From a bacterium (GTDB lineage Bacteria > Zhuqueibacterota > Zhuqueibacteria > Residuimicrobiales > Oceaniaggregativiventaceae): a stretch of 64,000 bases of DNA. The DNA lies in contig JAKQNP010000003.1 in assembly GCA_029565675.1 (NCBI GenBank), positions 79,197 to 143,196 of the forward strand, read 5' to 3'. The translations under genes were made by a program, and so were the position numbers. This document shows positions 9,970 through 20,465 of the stretch, piece after piece. The notes below the pieces were generated by a model. It was given only the letters and a program-made list of their open reading frames with translations. It did no database searches and had not been told where the DNA came from. Each line of letters starts with the position of its first letter. The stretch's first letter is position 1.

Positions 9970-10684
9970 CGACGCGTATCAGTTTGATGTCAGCAAAATT
10001 GATTTCCTGCGCTGCGCGGATAAACTTGCGCTTGATCAGCTCAAGAATGGCAATAAAAGTGACAATAAGCACCATGCGCGAATCACCTGCGTCAAACAAC
10101 TCGGAAAATTCAATCTCAGAACGCTCCTGGAATTTGCTCTCGATAAAAGCCAAACGCTCTTCCAAAGAGATCGGCAATTCCTGGACGCGATGAAAAGAGA
10201 CCTTTTTTTGTTGCCGTAAAACCTTCTGGAATGCACCGATCAGAGCAAAAAGTGAAACTTGCTCTACACCTTCTTCTATTGGCAAAGAGCCATCGTCTTC
10301 GATGCGAAAAGTGCCTCGCTGATAGATCTGTCGTGAGCTCTCCTCATAATCATACATCTGCTCAGCCACGTCTTTGAAACGCTTGTATTCGAGCAACCGC
10401 TGAACCAACTCCTGGCGCGGATCGATTTCCTCTTCTTCTTGCGCTTCGACTTCCGGTTTGGGCAAGAGCATCTGCGCTTTTATGCGCATCAAAGTCGCCG
10501 CCATGAGGATGAAATCGCTTGCGACTTCCAGATCCAAAAGCTGAATAATTTCGAGATATTCCAAAAACTGACGGGTGATCTTGGCGATCGGAATATCGTA
10601 AATGTCTACTTCTTCTTTTTTGATCAAAAAGAGCAGCAGGTCGAGTGGTCCCTCAAAGGTGTCGAGTTTGACTTTATAGGGCAT
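9962..10684 (-). CDS. scpA: Segregation and condensation protein A (kleisin)
   Basis: An N-terminal FEGPLDLLLFLIKKEEVDIYDIPIAKIT kleisin motif. It overlaps scpB by 8 bp. Confidence 0.9.
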   Translation of the reverse strand: MPYKVKLDTFEGPLDLLLFLIKKEEVDIYDIPIAKITRQFLEYLEIIQLLDLEVASDFILMAATLMRIKAQMLLPKPEVEAQEEEEIDPRQELVQRLLEYKRFKDVAEQMYDYEESSRQIYQRGTFRIEDDGSLPIEEGVEQVSLFALIGAFQKVLRQQKKVSFHRVQELPISLEERLAFIESKFQERSEIEFSELFDAGDSRMVLIVTFIAILELIKRKFIRAAQEINFADIKLIRVDG

Positions 10685-10829
10685 AACGGATCACTCACCT
10701 GATAACATAAATAAGGCCGCAATACCACACGGCCGTGTCAATTCTCTGTTCGATGGTCTCCGTCTCCAGAACGGCAGTCAATCGCCTCTCGCCGGGCCAG
10801 GAATGAGGCAGCAATCGGCACCAGACGAT

Positions 10830-11333
10830 TTATTGAAAAAACAAATAGGGTTTCCAAAGCTGTTCGCCAGCCGCAACAAAACGCTGAATAAAAAACAGAT
10901 GGTTGGGACGTCGGGGCTGACGCGCCAACTTCATGTTCGTCTGTTCAGGGGTTCGATTGCCTTTGCGGTTGTTGCAGTGAATGCAAGCGCAGACCAGATT
11001 CTCCCATGTGTCCGTTCCGCCCTTGGTCCGCGGCACTACATGATCAACGGTCAACGGACCCTGGGTAGTGCGGCAATACTGGCACCGGTATCCATCCCTT
11101 TTGAGGATATTCCTCCGAGTAAGCTCGACTCGTTTGTAGGGGATCTGCACAAAATAAAGCAAACGAACCACGCTGGGCAATGGCATCGAATAATGCAAAG
11201 ACTGCACTTTCAGCGGATGTTTTTCGACGATTTCCACCTTTTGCATATAGATCAAAACAATCGCCTTCTTGGCAGTGAGCACCATGATCGGTTCATAGTT
11301 TTGATTGAGCAAAAGGACTTTGTGCGACAACAT
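10830..11333 (-). CDS. HNH endonuclease family protein
   Basis: YRCQYCRTTQGPLTVDHVVPRTKGGTDTWENLVCACIHCNNRKGNRTP is an HNH motif with Cys zinc ligands. 167 aa. Confidence 0.8.
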   Translation of the reverse strand: MLSHKVLLLNQNYEPIMVLTAKKAIVLIYMQKVEIVEKHPLKVQSLHYSMPLPSVVRLLYFVQIPYKRVELTRRNILKRDGYRCQYCRTTQGPLTVDHVVPRTKGGTDTWENLVCACIHCNNRKGNRTPEQTNMKLARQPRRPNHLFFIQRFVAAGEQLWKPYLFFQ

Positions 11334-11690
11334 GATTCAAGCCTAGCCGGTTCGATCTCGTAAATTTCTTTTGAACGAATGCAATTTGATTCAAGAACAA
11401 TTGCCTTCCCATCCATCCCGGCGCTTCTCCGAACCTTGCCCGCAAAAAGAACGTCTCGCAGAACAGCAATACTCTGCACATGCACACCATCACACCGCCC
11501 CGCGAATTCGATCTGCTGGTGCAAAAAGGCACCCTCTTTTGCACAACCATTTGCTGAATCGCAAAAGATTGTATTGTATCGGGTTGGATAAGAATGCTCG
11601 GGTGGTCGGCAGAATTCCAATAACAAAAAATATAGCTTAAAAACGATAAAGAGTCAAGCGATTTTTCGAGTTATCAATAGGTTACTGCCT

Positions 11691-12647
11691 TTATCTCGAT
11701 TCCAGCCAAAAACCCATTTTGCTGTATTTTTCGAGACGCTGGCTGATCAGGTCTTGCGGCGAAAGGGGAACGAGATCCTGCAGAGCAGCAAGAACCGCAT
11801 TTTTAACCAGAGCCGCGGCCTGGTCGATGTCGCTGTGCGCACCGCCGACGGGTTCTTGAATGATTTTGTCGATGACCTTGAGCTGCAGCAAATCTTCAGC
11901 GCTGATCTTCATCGCTTCTGCAGCCTGTGGAGCATTTTTCGCATCGCGATAAAGAATGGCAGCACACCCCTCGGGCGTAATGACCGAATACCAGGTGTTC
12001 TCCATCATCAACACGCGATCGCCAATACCGATTCCCAGTGCCCCACCGCTGGCTCCTTCACCGATTATCACCACCACGATGGGAACCGGAAGATGCGACA
12101 TTTCAAAAAGATTGTGTGCGATCGCTTCGGCTTGACCCCGCTCTTCCGCTCCAATCCCGGGAAATGCACCTGGAGTATCGACAAATGAAATGACCGGCCG
12201 ACCATATTTGGCGGCAAGCTTCATCAGCCGGAGCGCTTTGCGATATCCCTCTGGGTGAGGCATGCCAAAGTTGCGCCGTACTTTTTCCTTGGTATCACGC
12301 GCCTTTTGATGTCCAATCAAAACGATCCTTTGACCGCCGATTTTGCCGACGCCGGCAACGATCGCCGGATCGTCACCAAAAACGCGATCTCCGTGCAATT
12401 CGATAAAATCGTCGACGATCCGCTCGACATAATCCAAAGTGTATGGCCGTTTGGGATGTCTTGCCAATTGAACCCGCTGCCATCTTGTCAATTTGGAATA
12501 GATCTCCCGCCGCAGGCGCTGGGCGCGCTTCTCGAGTTTTTGGATCTCCTCCTGCATCTCGATATCCTCGCCCAAGGCATATTCGCGCAATTCGGCGATT
12601 TTTCGTTCGATCTCGATGATCGGTTTTTCGAATTCCAGCATAAGCAA
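11691..12647 (-). CDS. accA: Acetyl-CoA carboxylase carboxyltransferase alpha subunit
   Basis: LDFEKPIIEIERKI ... RPYTLDY ... FVDTPGAFPGIGAEERGQAEAIA ... carboxyltransferase alpha pattern. 318 aa. Confidence 0.95.
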   Translation of the reverse strand: MLMLEFEKPIIEIERKIAELREYALGEDIEMQEEIQKLEKRAQRLRREIYSKLTRWQRVQLARHPKRPYTLDYVERIVDDFIELHGDRVFGDDPAIVAGVGKIGGQRIVLIGHQKARDTKEKVRRNFGMPHPEGYRKALRLMKLAAKYGRPVISFVDTPGAFPGIGAEERGQAEAIAHNLFEMSHLPVPIVVVIIGEGASGGALGIGIGDRVLMMENTWYSVITPEGCAAILYRDAKNAPQAAEAMKISAEDLLQLKVIDKIIQEPVGGAHSDIDQAAALVKNAVLAALQDLVPLSPQDLISQRLEKYSKMGFWLESR

Positions 12648-12736
12648 TTCATCCTAAAGACTGATTATTTCACTGTCGAAATACAAAGCGGCCGAATCCA
12701 TGCAGCCAAACGCACGGCAGTCACTCGTCGTTCTTT

Positions 12737-14824
12737 TCAGCCCTTTCGCGGCCAAAGAGATTTCGCAACAAGCTGCAGATCCAAAGCAGGCGAATAGTTG
12801 CGCAGATAGTAGAGATGGACTTGTTCGCGTTCGCGCTTCGACAAGCCCGGACCCTGATGAAGCTGTTCCAGTCCGGTAAGAGCGGGTTTAATCAAATGGG
12901 CCAGGTCATCGAACGCTTCGAGCGGCAACAGCATGTCCCTGCCCACCATGCTGAGGCGTCCGCGCAACACCTGCAACCACAATGAATAGGAAGAAAAAAG
13001 GTGGCCCTCTGCCAAGCAACGGACCGCACAAGGTTCGCCGTTCAATCCAACGATCGAACGTTCCATCCATTTGCCTTTATTCGACCAGCTTTTCCAGATA
13101 AAAAACGGCCAACCGAACGACAAAACCAGTAGAGCGCCGAGGATATCGAACAAGCGTTTGACGAATCGAAAAAAGGGATCGTGCAATTTATAGCCGATAT
13201 CGACCAACGGCAGGTGGTCAAAATAATCGATCGATGCTTTGCCGATCATCACGTCCATTTCCCGCGGGACCAACCGGTAGTTGATGGTCTGGCCCGCCAG
13301 GGTCGAGACAATCGATAAAATCTTGTGATAGGACATCTTATCGGTGGAAAAGATGACTTGATTGATCTTTTCGCGTGCGATGATCTCAGCCAAATCGCGC
13401 AGTCGACCGAGAACAGGAATGCCCTCGACCTGCAAGTCGAGGGGCCCGCTGTTGCTGGCAACGATGCCGGTGACCTGCACCATCGCCCGCGTATGCGCAT
13501 CCTTTTGCAGACGGCGGACCAGACGGCGAATCGAACTGATTTCGCCAACCAAAACTGATCGATTGGAGAAAAGGGCATCCCCGAACAGGTGGCGAAACAA
13601 GCCCACCTCGTTTTTGGAGAGCGCCCGCGCTGCGATCCGCCAGCCAGCCAACAGCAGGATATCCATTGCTCCGGCATAGAGAATAACCGCCCGAGAAAAG
13701 GCGATGGTCTTGATAAAATAGGTCAGCACCGCATTGACCAGCCAACCGAACAACACAGCAGTTCCTGCTCTGCTGGCTGAAAAACGCCAACGGCTGTACA
13801 GGCCCTGACCGGCGAAACTGAACAACCAAACCAAGCTGTAAAGCAGATGGACCTTGACGAATGCCTGCCAGGGAAATTGCGGGTGGAACCGCAGCCAGAT
13901 CGCCAGGGCCAGAGAGAGGGTCAAAAAGAAAAAATCGATCGCCGGCAAAGCCAACAAGCGCGCAACCTGGGCGATATAGGCGATGACTGCACGTATGGCG
14001 ATCGCCAATTTGAGCATCCACGATGGGATCAGAGCCTGGCCGCGGCTGAAATGCTTGACCACGAAAAGCTGCATGGCTTCATAAAAAAGGCGGCGCTGCG
14101 CAAATGGACTTTTCTTTGAACTCTCGCCTTTGAAATGAATGATCTGTGTTTGTGGACAATAATAGTTCTGCCACCCTGCTTGCTGGATGCGGTAACACCA
14201 GTCAAGATCCTCACCATACATAAAGAACGATTCATCGAGACAGCCAACCTTGTCGATCGTTTCTCGCCTCACCAGCATGAATGATCCCGACAGGGCGTCG
14301 ACAGGAGCAGCTTGATCAGGATCGAGATAGGTCAGATTGTAACGACCAAACAACCGGCTTTTCGGAAACAGTTTGGCCAGACCGACAATCTTGCTAAAAG
14401 CCACCCACGGGGTGGGAAAGCTCCGCCGACACGCCAATTGCAGCGTTCCATCAGGATTGAGAATCTTGCATCCCACGGCGCCGGCATCCGGATGAGTGGC
14501 AACAAAATCGAGCAAGACCGAAAAAGTATCTTCCTGGATGATGGTGTCGGGATTGATCAAACAGACAAAACGACCCTGGCTTTTTTCCAACGCCTGATTG
14601 TTTGCCCGCGCAAAACCCATATTGTGGCGATTGCGGATCAACTGGACGAGCGGATATTTTTCGGCTATCCATTCCGGACTGCCGTCGGTTGAGGCATTGT
14701 CCACCACAAAGATCTCGTGGTCGATTCCTTTTAGCGCCCGCAGAATTGATGTGAGCGCCTGATCGAGAAACGCGCGCACATTGTAACTGACAATGATGAC
14801 GCTGATTACGGGTGTGTAAGCCAT
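12737..14824 (-). CDS. Fusion protein: N-terminal GT2 glycosyltransferase + multi-TM + CoA-binding-like domain + C-terminal bacterial sugar (phosphoglycosyl) transferase-like domain that looks catalytically degenerate
   Basis: The N-terminus has ISVIIVSYN ... VVDNASTDGS ... GEDLDWCYR (GT2). The middle has 4-5 TM helices and a WbaP/WcaJ-type CoA_binding-like segment. The C-terminus has KRLFDILGALLVLSF and LWLQVLRGRLSMVGRDML resembling PGT motifs, but it lacks the usual DE dyad and PRP motif. Confidence 0.7.
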   Translation of the reverse strand: MAYTPVISVIIVSYNVRAFLDQALTSILRALKGIDHEIFVVDNASTDGSPEWIAEKYPLVQLIRNRHNMGFARANNQALEKSQGRFVCLINPDTIIQEDTFSVLLDFVATHPDAGAVGCKILNPDGTLQLACRRSFPTPWVAFSKIVGLAKLFPKSRLFGRYNLTYLDPDQAAPVDALSGSFMLVRRETIDKVGCLDESFFMYGEDLDWCYRIQQAGWQNYYCPQTQIIHFKGESSKKSPFAQRRLFYEAMQLFVVKHFSRGQALIPSWMLKLAIAIRAVIAYIAQVARLLALPAIDFFFLTLSLALAIWLRFHPQFPWQAFVKVHLLYSLVWLFSFAGQGLYSRWRFSASRAGTAVLFGWLVNAVLTYFIKTIAFSRAVILYAGAMDILLLAGWRIAARALSKNEVGLFRHLFGDALFSNRSVLVGEISSIRRLVRRLQKDAHTRAMVQVTGIVASNSGPLDLQVEGIPVLGRLRDLAEIIAREKINQVIFSTDKMSYHKILSIVSTLAGQTINYRLVPREMDVMIGKASIDYFDHLPLVDIGYKLHDPFFRFVKRLFDILGALLVLSFGWPFFIWKSWSNKGKWMERSIVGLNGEPCAVRCLAEGHLFSSYSLWLQVLRGRLSMVGRDMLLPLEAFDDLAHLIKPALTGLEQLHQGPGLSKREREQVHLYYLRNYSPALDLQLVAKSLWPRKG

Positions 14825-15238
14825 CTTTCCGATCGTTTCATTGCAAACCGGTGGTCATCGGTCGCCAGTCGCCGCCACCTTGAACTGAGCGCCCACTCAT
14901 CGGCATGAGTTGGAATGGTTACCATCCACAACCGAGCAAAAGGCAGTGATTTGAAGCGGAGCATTTTACTTTCGGTGCAAATCGATCAGCTGTTCACAAG
15001 CCAATCGCACACCTTCATCAATCGCAAAAAAATGATTCTGATTCATTTTTAAAAAGTACGAAAAACCGATCAGAGAAGCAATGAGTATCTTGTTGCAGTC
15101 GATTCCCGCTTTTGCACCAGCGGCACCCGACCTTTCTGGCTGCATAGCGATGGAATTCGCTGCCGCGACCCGATTTTTCTGTATAAATTGAAATTGACGA
15201 CAAAAACGCTTATATTGGCAAAACTGAAAGGAAACAGG

Positions 15239-17167
15239 ATGATTGCGCGCTACTCTCTGCAGCCGATTGACCATCGGCAAATCAAGTTGACCGGGGGCTT
15301 GCTTGCTCAAAAGCAAGAGATCAACCGAGAAAAAACTCTGACGGCGATCTTTCGCCAGAGTTATGAGACCGGCCGCATCGACGCCTTTAAATTAGAGTGG
15401 ACGGCAACCAGCGGTAAACCCAGGCCGCATTATTTTTGGGATTCAGATGTCTATAAGCTGCTGGAAGCTGCAGCCTACTCGCTCGGCACTCATGCCGACG
15501 CTGAAATGGAGGCTGAACTCGACCGAATCATCGAGCTGATCTGCAAGGCTCAACAGCCTGACGGTTATTTGAACATCTACTTCACCGTTGTCGAGCCGAA
15601 AAAAAGATGGACCAATCTCCGCGACTGGCATGAACTCTATTGCGCCGGCCATTTATTCGAAGCAGCGGTTGCTGTCTTTAACGCAACCGGCAAACGCAAG
15701 TTGCTCGAGGCGGCATGCCGTTTCGCGGATCTGATCGATGCGACCTTTGGCCGAGAAACAGGTAAAAAACGCGGCTACCCCGGCCATGAAGAGATCGAAT
15801 TGGCGTTGATCAAACTCTATCGCTGCACCGGCGAAAAACGCTATCTCCGGTTGGCGAAGTATTTCATCGACGAACGCGGCCAGCAGCCTCACTATTTCGA
15901 CGGCGAAGTACAGGTGCACGGGATCGCTCCAGGCTGGCACTATCTCAATGGCCATCAGTCAAATCAATCGCATTTGCCGGTTCGCCAACAAAAAGAGGCA
16001 GTCGGACATGCGGTGAGAGCGATGTATCTGTATAGCGGTATGGCGGATGTAGCGGCTGAATTGCACGACGATCAGCTGCTGCAGGCATGCGAAACCATCT
16101 GGGACAATCTGGTCACCCGTCGTATGTACATCACCGGTGGGATCGGCTCGACCCATCGAAGTGAAGGGTTTACCCGCGATTATGACCTGCCCAATCGACT
16201 GGCTTATGCCGAGACGTGTGCAGCAGTTGGTTTGATCTTTTGGGCACATCGCATGCTACAGTTTGACTGCGACAGCCGCTATGCGGATATTCTGGAAACC
16301 AGCCTCTATAACGGGGCTCTTAGCGGGGTTGGCAATGACGGACAAAGCTTTTTATATGTCAATCCTCTGCAAAGCGACGGAAACCATCACCGCCAGAAAT
16401 GGTTTGACTGTGCTTGTTGTCCCAGCAACATCTCCCGTCTGCTCGCTTCAATTGGCGGCTATATCTATTCTATCGCACCCGATCTTTTGGCGGTTCATCT
16501 CTTTGCTGCGTCTGCCGGGAGTTGCAAAGTGGCCGGAGTTCCGATTTCCTTTTCTGTCCATACTGACTATCCGTGGACAGGTGATATCGAGTTTCACCTC
16601 GACGCGGCTCCCGCGGCGGAATGGACCCTTGCCTTGCGCCTGCCGAATTGGTGTCACCAGGCTTGTTTAACCGTCAACCACGAATCTGTCGAAATCGCAC
16701 CGTTGGTTCGCAATGGCTATGTCCATCTGCGACGCACCTGGAAAACTGGAGATGTGCTGCAATGGCAACTCGAGATGCCGGTGGAGCAATGGCAATCTCA
16801 TCCACAGGTTGAAAACAACACAGGCCGCGTCGCCTTGCGGCGCGGCCCGCTCGTCTATTGCCTCGAACAAGCAGACAACGGCTCCCAATTGCATCAGATC
16901 GCCATTGAACCTGCAGCGCAGTGGTCAGTCGAAAAATGCACTGCGTTGCCGCAAATCGCGGTACTGGCTGCTGAGGCATGGCGCGAGACCTATCCCGAAT
17001 GGCCGGATCGGCTCTATCAAGCCGCACAACCCGCCAAATGCAGTCGTGTCAGAATCAAGGCCATTCCCTACTACGCCTGGGACAATCGCGCAGCAGGTGA
17101 AATGCTGGTATGGATACGGCGACTTTTACCGCCTTGGCGAGAAAAGAACAGGTCGGCAGCAACTTAA
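15239..17167 (+). CDS. Glycoside hydrolase family 127 (DUF1680; beta-L-arabinofuranosidase-like)
   Basis: Long ORF with GH127-typical segments (YFWDSDVYKLLEAAAY, ELYCAGHLFEAAVA, MYITGGIGS, FLYVNPL, CCPSNISR Cys cluster). The start is placed at the internal ATG (MIARY) preceded by an AAAGGAAACAGG SD. The ORF-track start 15188 lies inside a promoter-like TTGACG...TATATT. Confidence 0.85.
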   Translation: MIARYSLQPIDHRQIKLTGGLLAQKQEINREKTLTAIFRQSYETGRIDAFKLEWTATSGKPRPHYFWDSDVYKLLEAAAYSLGTHADAEMEAELDRIIELICKAQQPDGYLNIYFTVVEPKKRWTNLRDWHELYCAGHLFEAAVAVFNATGKRKLLEAACRFADLIDATFGRETGKKRGYPGHEEIELALIKLYRCTGEKRYLRLAKYFIDERGQQPHYFDGEVQVHGIAPGWHYLNGHQSNQSHLPVRQQKEAVGHAVRAMYLYSGMADVAAELHDDQLLQACETIWDNLVTRRMYITGGIGSTHRSEGFTRDYDLPNRLAYAETCAAVGLIFWAHRMLQFDCDSRYADILETSLYNGALSGVGNDGQSFLYVNPLQSDGNHHRQKWFDCACCPSNISRLLASIGGYIYSIAPDLLAVHLFAASAGSCKVAGVPISFSVHTDYPWTGDIEFHLDAAPAAEWTLALRLPNWCHQACLTVNHESVEIAPLVRNGYVHLRRTWKTGDVLQWQLEMPVEQWQSHPQVENNTGRVALRRGPLVYCLEQADNGSQLHQIAIEPAAQWSVEKCTALPQIAVLAAEAWRETYPEWPDRLYQAAQPAKCSRVRIKAIPYYAWDNRAAGEMLVWIRRLLPPWREKNRSAAT

Positions 17168-18588
17168 TCAGCAGCAGGCTTGCTCTTCCACAGTTCAAAC
17201 AGCGCCTGTCCCACCCCGGCATTGGTGACATAAGGACCGCGCACCGGATCTTCGCCGACCAGTTTGCGGCGCAGGGTCTCACTTCCCCGTCCCTTTGCAA
17301 AAAGCGGAACCAGGGAGTTGGTGTGGCTGTTGCTGTGCCATTCATGGCCGGGCATCACAGAGGCGCCGTTGTTCTGCAGCGAATTCCATTTCGCTTCGAT
17401 ACCCGTTTCAGTCGCACGGCCTGAACCCGGGCCGGTCAAGTACCCCGTCTCGTGATCAGCGGTAATGATGAGCAGGGTTTCCGACCAACTGCTGGTGCTG
17501 TCGATCCAGGCGACCACGGCTTCCACAGCGCGATTGAAATCGATCTGTTCTTCGATCAATCGCCCCATTTGGTTGCTGTGCGAAGCCCAATCGACCGCTC
17601 CACCCTCAATCAGCATAAAAAAGCCGTTGGGATTGTTGTCCAAGACGTTCAATGCCACGCGAGTCATATGCCGCAGTGAGGGCACATTCTTGATCAGCTC
17701 AACCCCGAAAGGAGGAACCAGCGTATCACCCGGCCGATCTTGTTGCAGGGTAGTGGCCACCGGGGCCAGGCCAAAAAGGCGTTTGGGAGTCGGGCCTTCA
17801 GCCAACGATTGCCAATCTGCCAATGAGTCGATCATCGTCCATGCATCGGCCGCGCCATCGCCGTCGGAATCCCCTCCCGCTTGACCCGCTTTTACAGCTT
17901 CCCATAAAACCGCATCGCCGAAATGCACAGGATTCGGTTGCTGAAGTTTTTCGCCCGCTGAACCGTAATCCGGATGGCCAGCACCCATCAACACATCGAC
18001 CGCGCCGGTCTGCAGCATTTGTTGGGCGATCTGGCCGTAATCGCTGCGTGCATCGACATGGCTTGCAAAACCGGCTGGAGTCGCATGGCAAAACGGCACG
18101 GTGGTCACCAGTCCCGTAGACTTGTTCAGCGTCTCTGCATGCTCCAAAATGGTGAGCAACGGATTTCCGTCAGCATCCACAGCAAGTCGCCCGTTCAGGG
18201 TATGGTGCCCGGTCGCAAAGGCGGTCGCAGATGCGGCGGAATCGGTTGGTTTCTCGCGCACCGCGTCGAAATCCGACCAGATTTTTTCCGCGTCATATCC
18301 CGGTGTGCTGAGGGAGGCGGTGCAGACCGCGAGTTGTACAGGAAAAGACTCATAAACCTGTGTTCCGGGTTGCCCCTTTTCAAACAAACTCGCGGCATCG
18401 AAATGATTATAACCGCAGCCATCGCTGATCATCAAGATGATATTCTTCGGAGGCTTTTCCGAACAAGCCAACATCGGAATGATCAATGCAACCAGCAGAC
18501 CACCAACAGAAATGATTGTTTTTCGCGCATTCGTTTTCTTTTTACTTTTCATCATCGCGTTTGCTTTCATTTCAATTTTGATTTTCAT
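17164..18588 (-). CDS. Alkaline phosphatase (PhoA family), lipoprotein
   Basis: DSAASATAFATG active-site Ser motif, metal ligands (DGCGY, HATPAGF, DHETG, HEWHSNSHT). The N-terminus has lipobox LIIPMLAC. Alternative starts at 18570 or 18552. Its stop overlaps the GH127 stop (convergent). Confidence 0.9.
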   Translation of the reverse strand: MKIKIEMKANAMMKSKKKTNARKTIISVGGLLVALIIPMLACSEKPPKNIILMISDGCGYNHFDAASLFEKGQPGTQVYESFPVQLAVCTASLSTPGYDAEKIWSDFDAVREKPTDSAASATAFATGHHTLNGRLAVDADGNPLLTILEHAETLNKSTGLVTTVPFCHATPAGFASHVDARSDYGQIAQQMLQTGAVDVLMGAGHPDYGSAGEKLQQPNPVHFGDAVLWEAVKAGQAGGDSDGDGAADAWTMIDSLADWQSLAEGPTPKRLFGLAPVATTLQQDRPGDTLVPPFGVELIKNVPSLRHMTRVALNVLDNNPNGFFMLIEGGAVDWASHSNQMGRLIEEQIDFNRAVEAVVAWIDSTSSWSETLLIITADHETGYLTGPGSGRATETGIEAKWNSLQNNGASVMPGHEWHSNSHTNSLVPLFAKGRGSETLRRKLVGEDPVRGPYVTNAGVGQALFELWKSKPAAD

Positions 18589-19105
18589 TTTGATCTGCTA
18601 TCCCCTTTCTATCAGTTTTTGCTCGATTGCCTTTGGTGATAAATTTCGAACCATAAAAATACAAGCGATAAAAACCATATGCAACGGCTTTTTCGTCTAT
18701 CGCTTTGCTCCCTTGATCGGGTGTTTCGCACTTAATCTCCGAAAAAATCATTCGGATAGTGATGTGCTAAGGTGAAAAACAATAACAATTGCAGGCAGCA
18801 GAACATCAACAGATTAATTTTGCTTGAATTTTGCCAACTCTTGATGCAGGCCATTGAAGAGGTAAACACTCGGCCACAACGAAGCTGGTAAAAAGTCCTG
18901 CTACAATCAAAAAACACAGCAACCAACCCGAGCAGGGGGAAAAAGGGCAAACGCACAAAAAAAAACCAAAAAACGCATTTTTCGCTTGACGTTTTGCTGC
19001 CTAGAACGATATCCACCAGCAACAGGCGACACCACTCTTTGCTCAAACTCGCTTCACTTTATTGAAAGGTGCGATGTATTCACGCTGACAATTCGCGATC
19101 TTGCT

Positions 19106-19279
19106 TTACTCTTGTCTTTTGCGGCACGCCATAACCAAGACAACTAAACCGATTAGATTAAACGCAGCGAACAATAAAGTTGCAGCTCTTCCCCAATCGA
19201 GAATAAATCCATTTCCCAAAAGGCCAAAAGTGCCGATAATTAAAAAGGCATGAGCAATCTGCTTTTTCCTTTCTTTCAT
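19106..19279 (-). CDS. Small hypothetical membrane protein (57 aa), not in the ORF track
   Basis: Hand translation gives MKERKKQIAHAFLIIGTFGLLGNGFILDWGRAATLLFAAFNLIGLVVLVMACRKRQE, with a GGTGGGG SD-like sequence upstream. Two hydrophobic helices. Confidence 0.35.
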   Translation of the reverse strand: MKERKKQIAHAFLIIGTFGLLGNGFILDWGRAATLLFAAFNLIGLVVLVMACRKRQE

Positions 19280-19392
19280 TCGTCTTGTTCCCCACCCTGT
19301 TCAAATCTTGTTAAAATTTCGGCTAGGATATAGCCATAGTTCACAAACATCAGTAAAACAGTACATCGTGTAAAAAACTGAATGGCCGCCAT

Positions 19393-19707
19393 TCAAAAAA
19401 TGATTCGGTTGTTAAAAAAAGCGAAAATATGGGTACAGATAAACAATATTATCCCAATTGCAATACCTAAGCATGATAAACGGACGCGAAACATATTTTT
19501 TAGCATTATCAGTAAGCACCCTCCGATTGCGCCCACCAGCGCGCCAACCACTACAGATTCACCTATTCCTCCGAGACTCAAATTTGAAGGTGTGTCGGTT
19601 ACAAGGGCGATGCCGGCTGTAACGGCACGTCCAGCGAGGCCTAAAATCAGGATTCCGGAGATAGTACCGGCAATCAAACCTTTAAGTGTCTGAGCATAAA
19701 AATTCAA
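19393..19707 (-). CDS. Small glycine-zipper membrane protein (104 aa), TTG start
   Basis: GxxxG-rich helices (GIALVTD ... GGIGESVVVGALVGAIGG). AGGAGG SD 8 nt before the TTG. Confidence 0.5.
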   Translation of the reverse strand: MNFYAQTLKGLIAGTISGILILGLAGRAVTAGIALVTDTPSNLSLGGIGESVVVGALVGAIGGCLLIMLKNMFRVRLSCLGIAIGIILFICTHIFAFFNNRIIF

Positions 19708-19784
19708 CTAGACACCTCCTACCATTTGGCGATCAAAGTTGGAAATAGACCAGTACTAAAGCCAATAATTTGGATCGAGTGGTA

Positions 19785-20429
19785 TTACGGATTCGAGGCA
19801 CTGGCGCGATGTCCAACTGTTTGAGTCAGGATGATCTTCATATGTTCAGGCAATTGCATGGATTTGGCAAGCATTTGCTCATCGAATCCTCCTCTTACCA
19901 CCGTGGCCAGACCCGCAGCCGCACAATAGAGGTAAACATTTTGGCCAATGAAGCCGGCATTTGTCGAGGATATCAGTTTTTTAGCCGTGTCATCTCCTCG
20001 ATCCAGCTGGCTGAAATCAGAGACATAGATTAAATTAAGCGGTGCCTGAGCGACCCAATCCTGTCTTCCGGTATCAGAGCGGATATCCTTATCGCTCACT
20101 TTTATCAGCTGATGGCCGCTGGCATCGTAGCGATAGAGACCACTGGCCAGAGCCGCATAGATCTGAATCTCTTGCCGGTTCATTGCAGATGGCGCTGTTC
20201 GTTTACCGGTTTCTGGCCGGTTAATGCCGAATGCTGCCCACAACACATCTGATAGTTCCTGATACGAAAGCGAATCAGAAGAAAAATTCCGAATGGACTG
20301 ACGCTGTTGCAAAGCTTCCATCAAATCCATCCCTATCCGTTGTTGTGGTGTCGGCAAGGAAATCGGAGTTGTGGCTAAAGCAGTAGTTGCGACAAATGTT
20401 GACAGGACAAAAAATATACTTTTCTTCAT
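19785..20429 (-). CDS. Nitroreductase-family protein with an N-terminal signal peptide
   Basis: RQSIRNFSSDSLSYQELSDVLWAAFGINRPETGKRTAPSAMNRQEIQIY matches the nitroreductase fold. The N-terminus MKKSIFFVLSTFVATTALA is a signal peptide. SD AAAGAGG. Confidence 0.7.
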   Translation of the reverse strand: MKKSIFFVLSTFVATTALATTPISLPTPQQRIGMDLMEALQQRQSIRNFSSDSLSYQELSDVLWAAFGINRPETGKRTAPSAMNRQEIQIYAALASGLYRYDASGHQLIKVSDKDIRSDTGRQDWVAQAPLNLIYVSDFSQLDRGDDTAKKLISSTNAGFIGQNVYLYCAAAGLATVVRGGFDEQMLAKSMQLPEHMKIILTQTVGHRASASNP

Positions 20430-20465
20430 AAGAACCTCTTTGCAGCGTTCAGTTGTACTGTTACT

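Noticed and set aside
13386-14021. 211-aa minus-strand ORF
   Set aside because: An alternate frame inside the GT2 fusion gene.
14966-15316. 116-aa minus-strand ORF
   Set aside because: Overlaps the promoter/SD and N-terminus of the GH127 gene on the opposite strand.
18732-19046. 104-aa minus-strand ORF in an A-rich intergenic region
   Set aside because: Low-complexity (F/L-rich) translation of an A/T-rich spacer. No SD.
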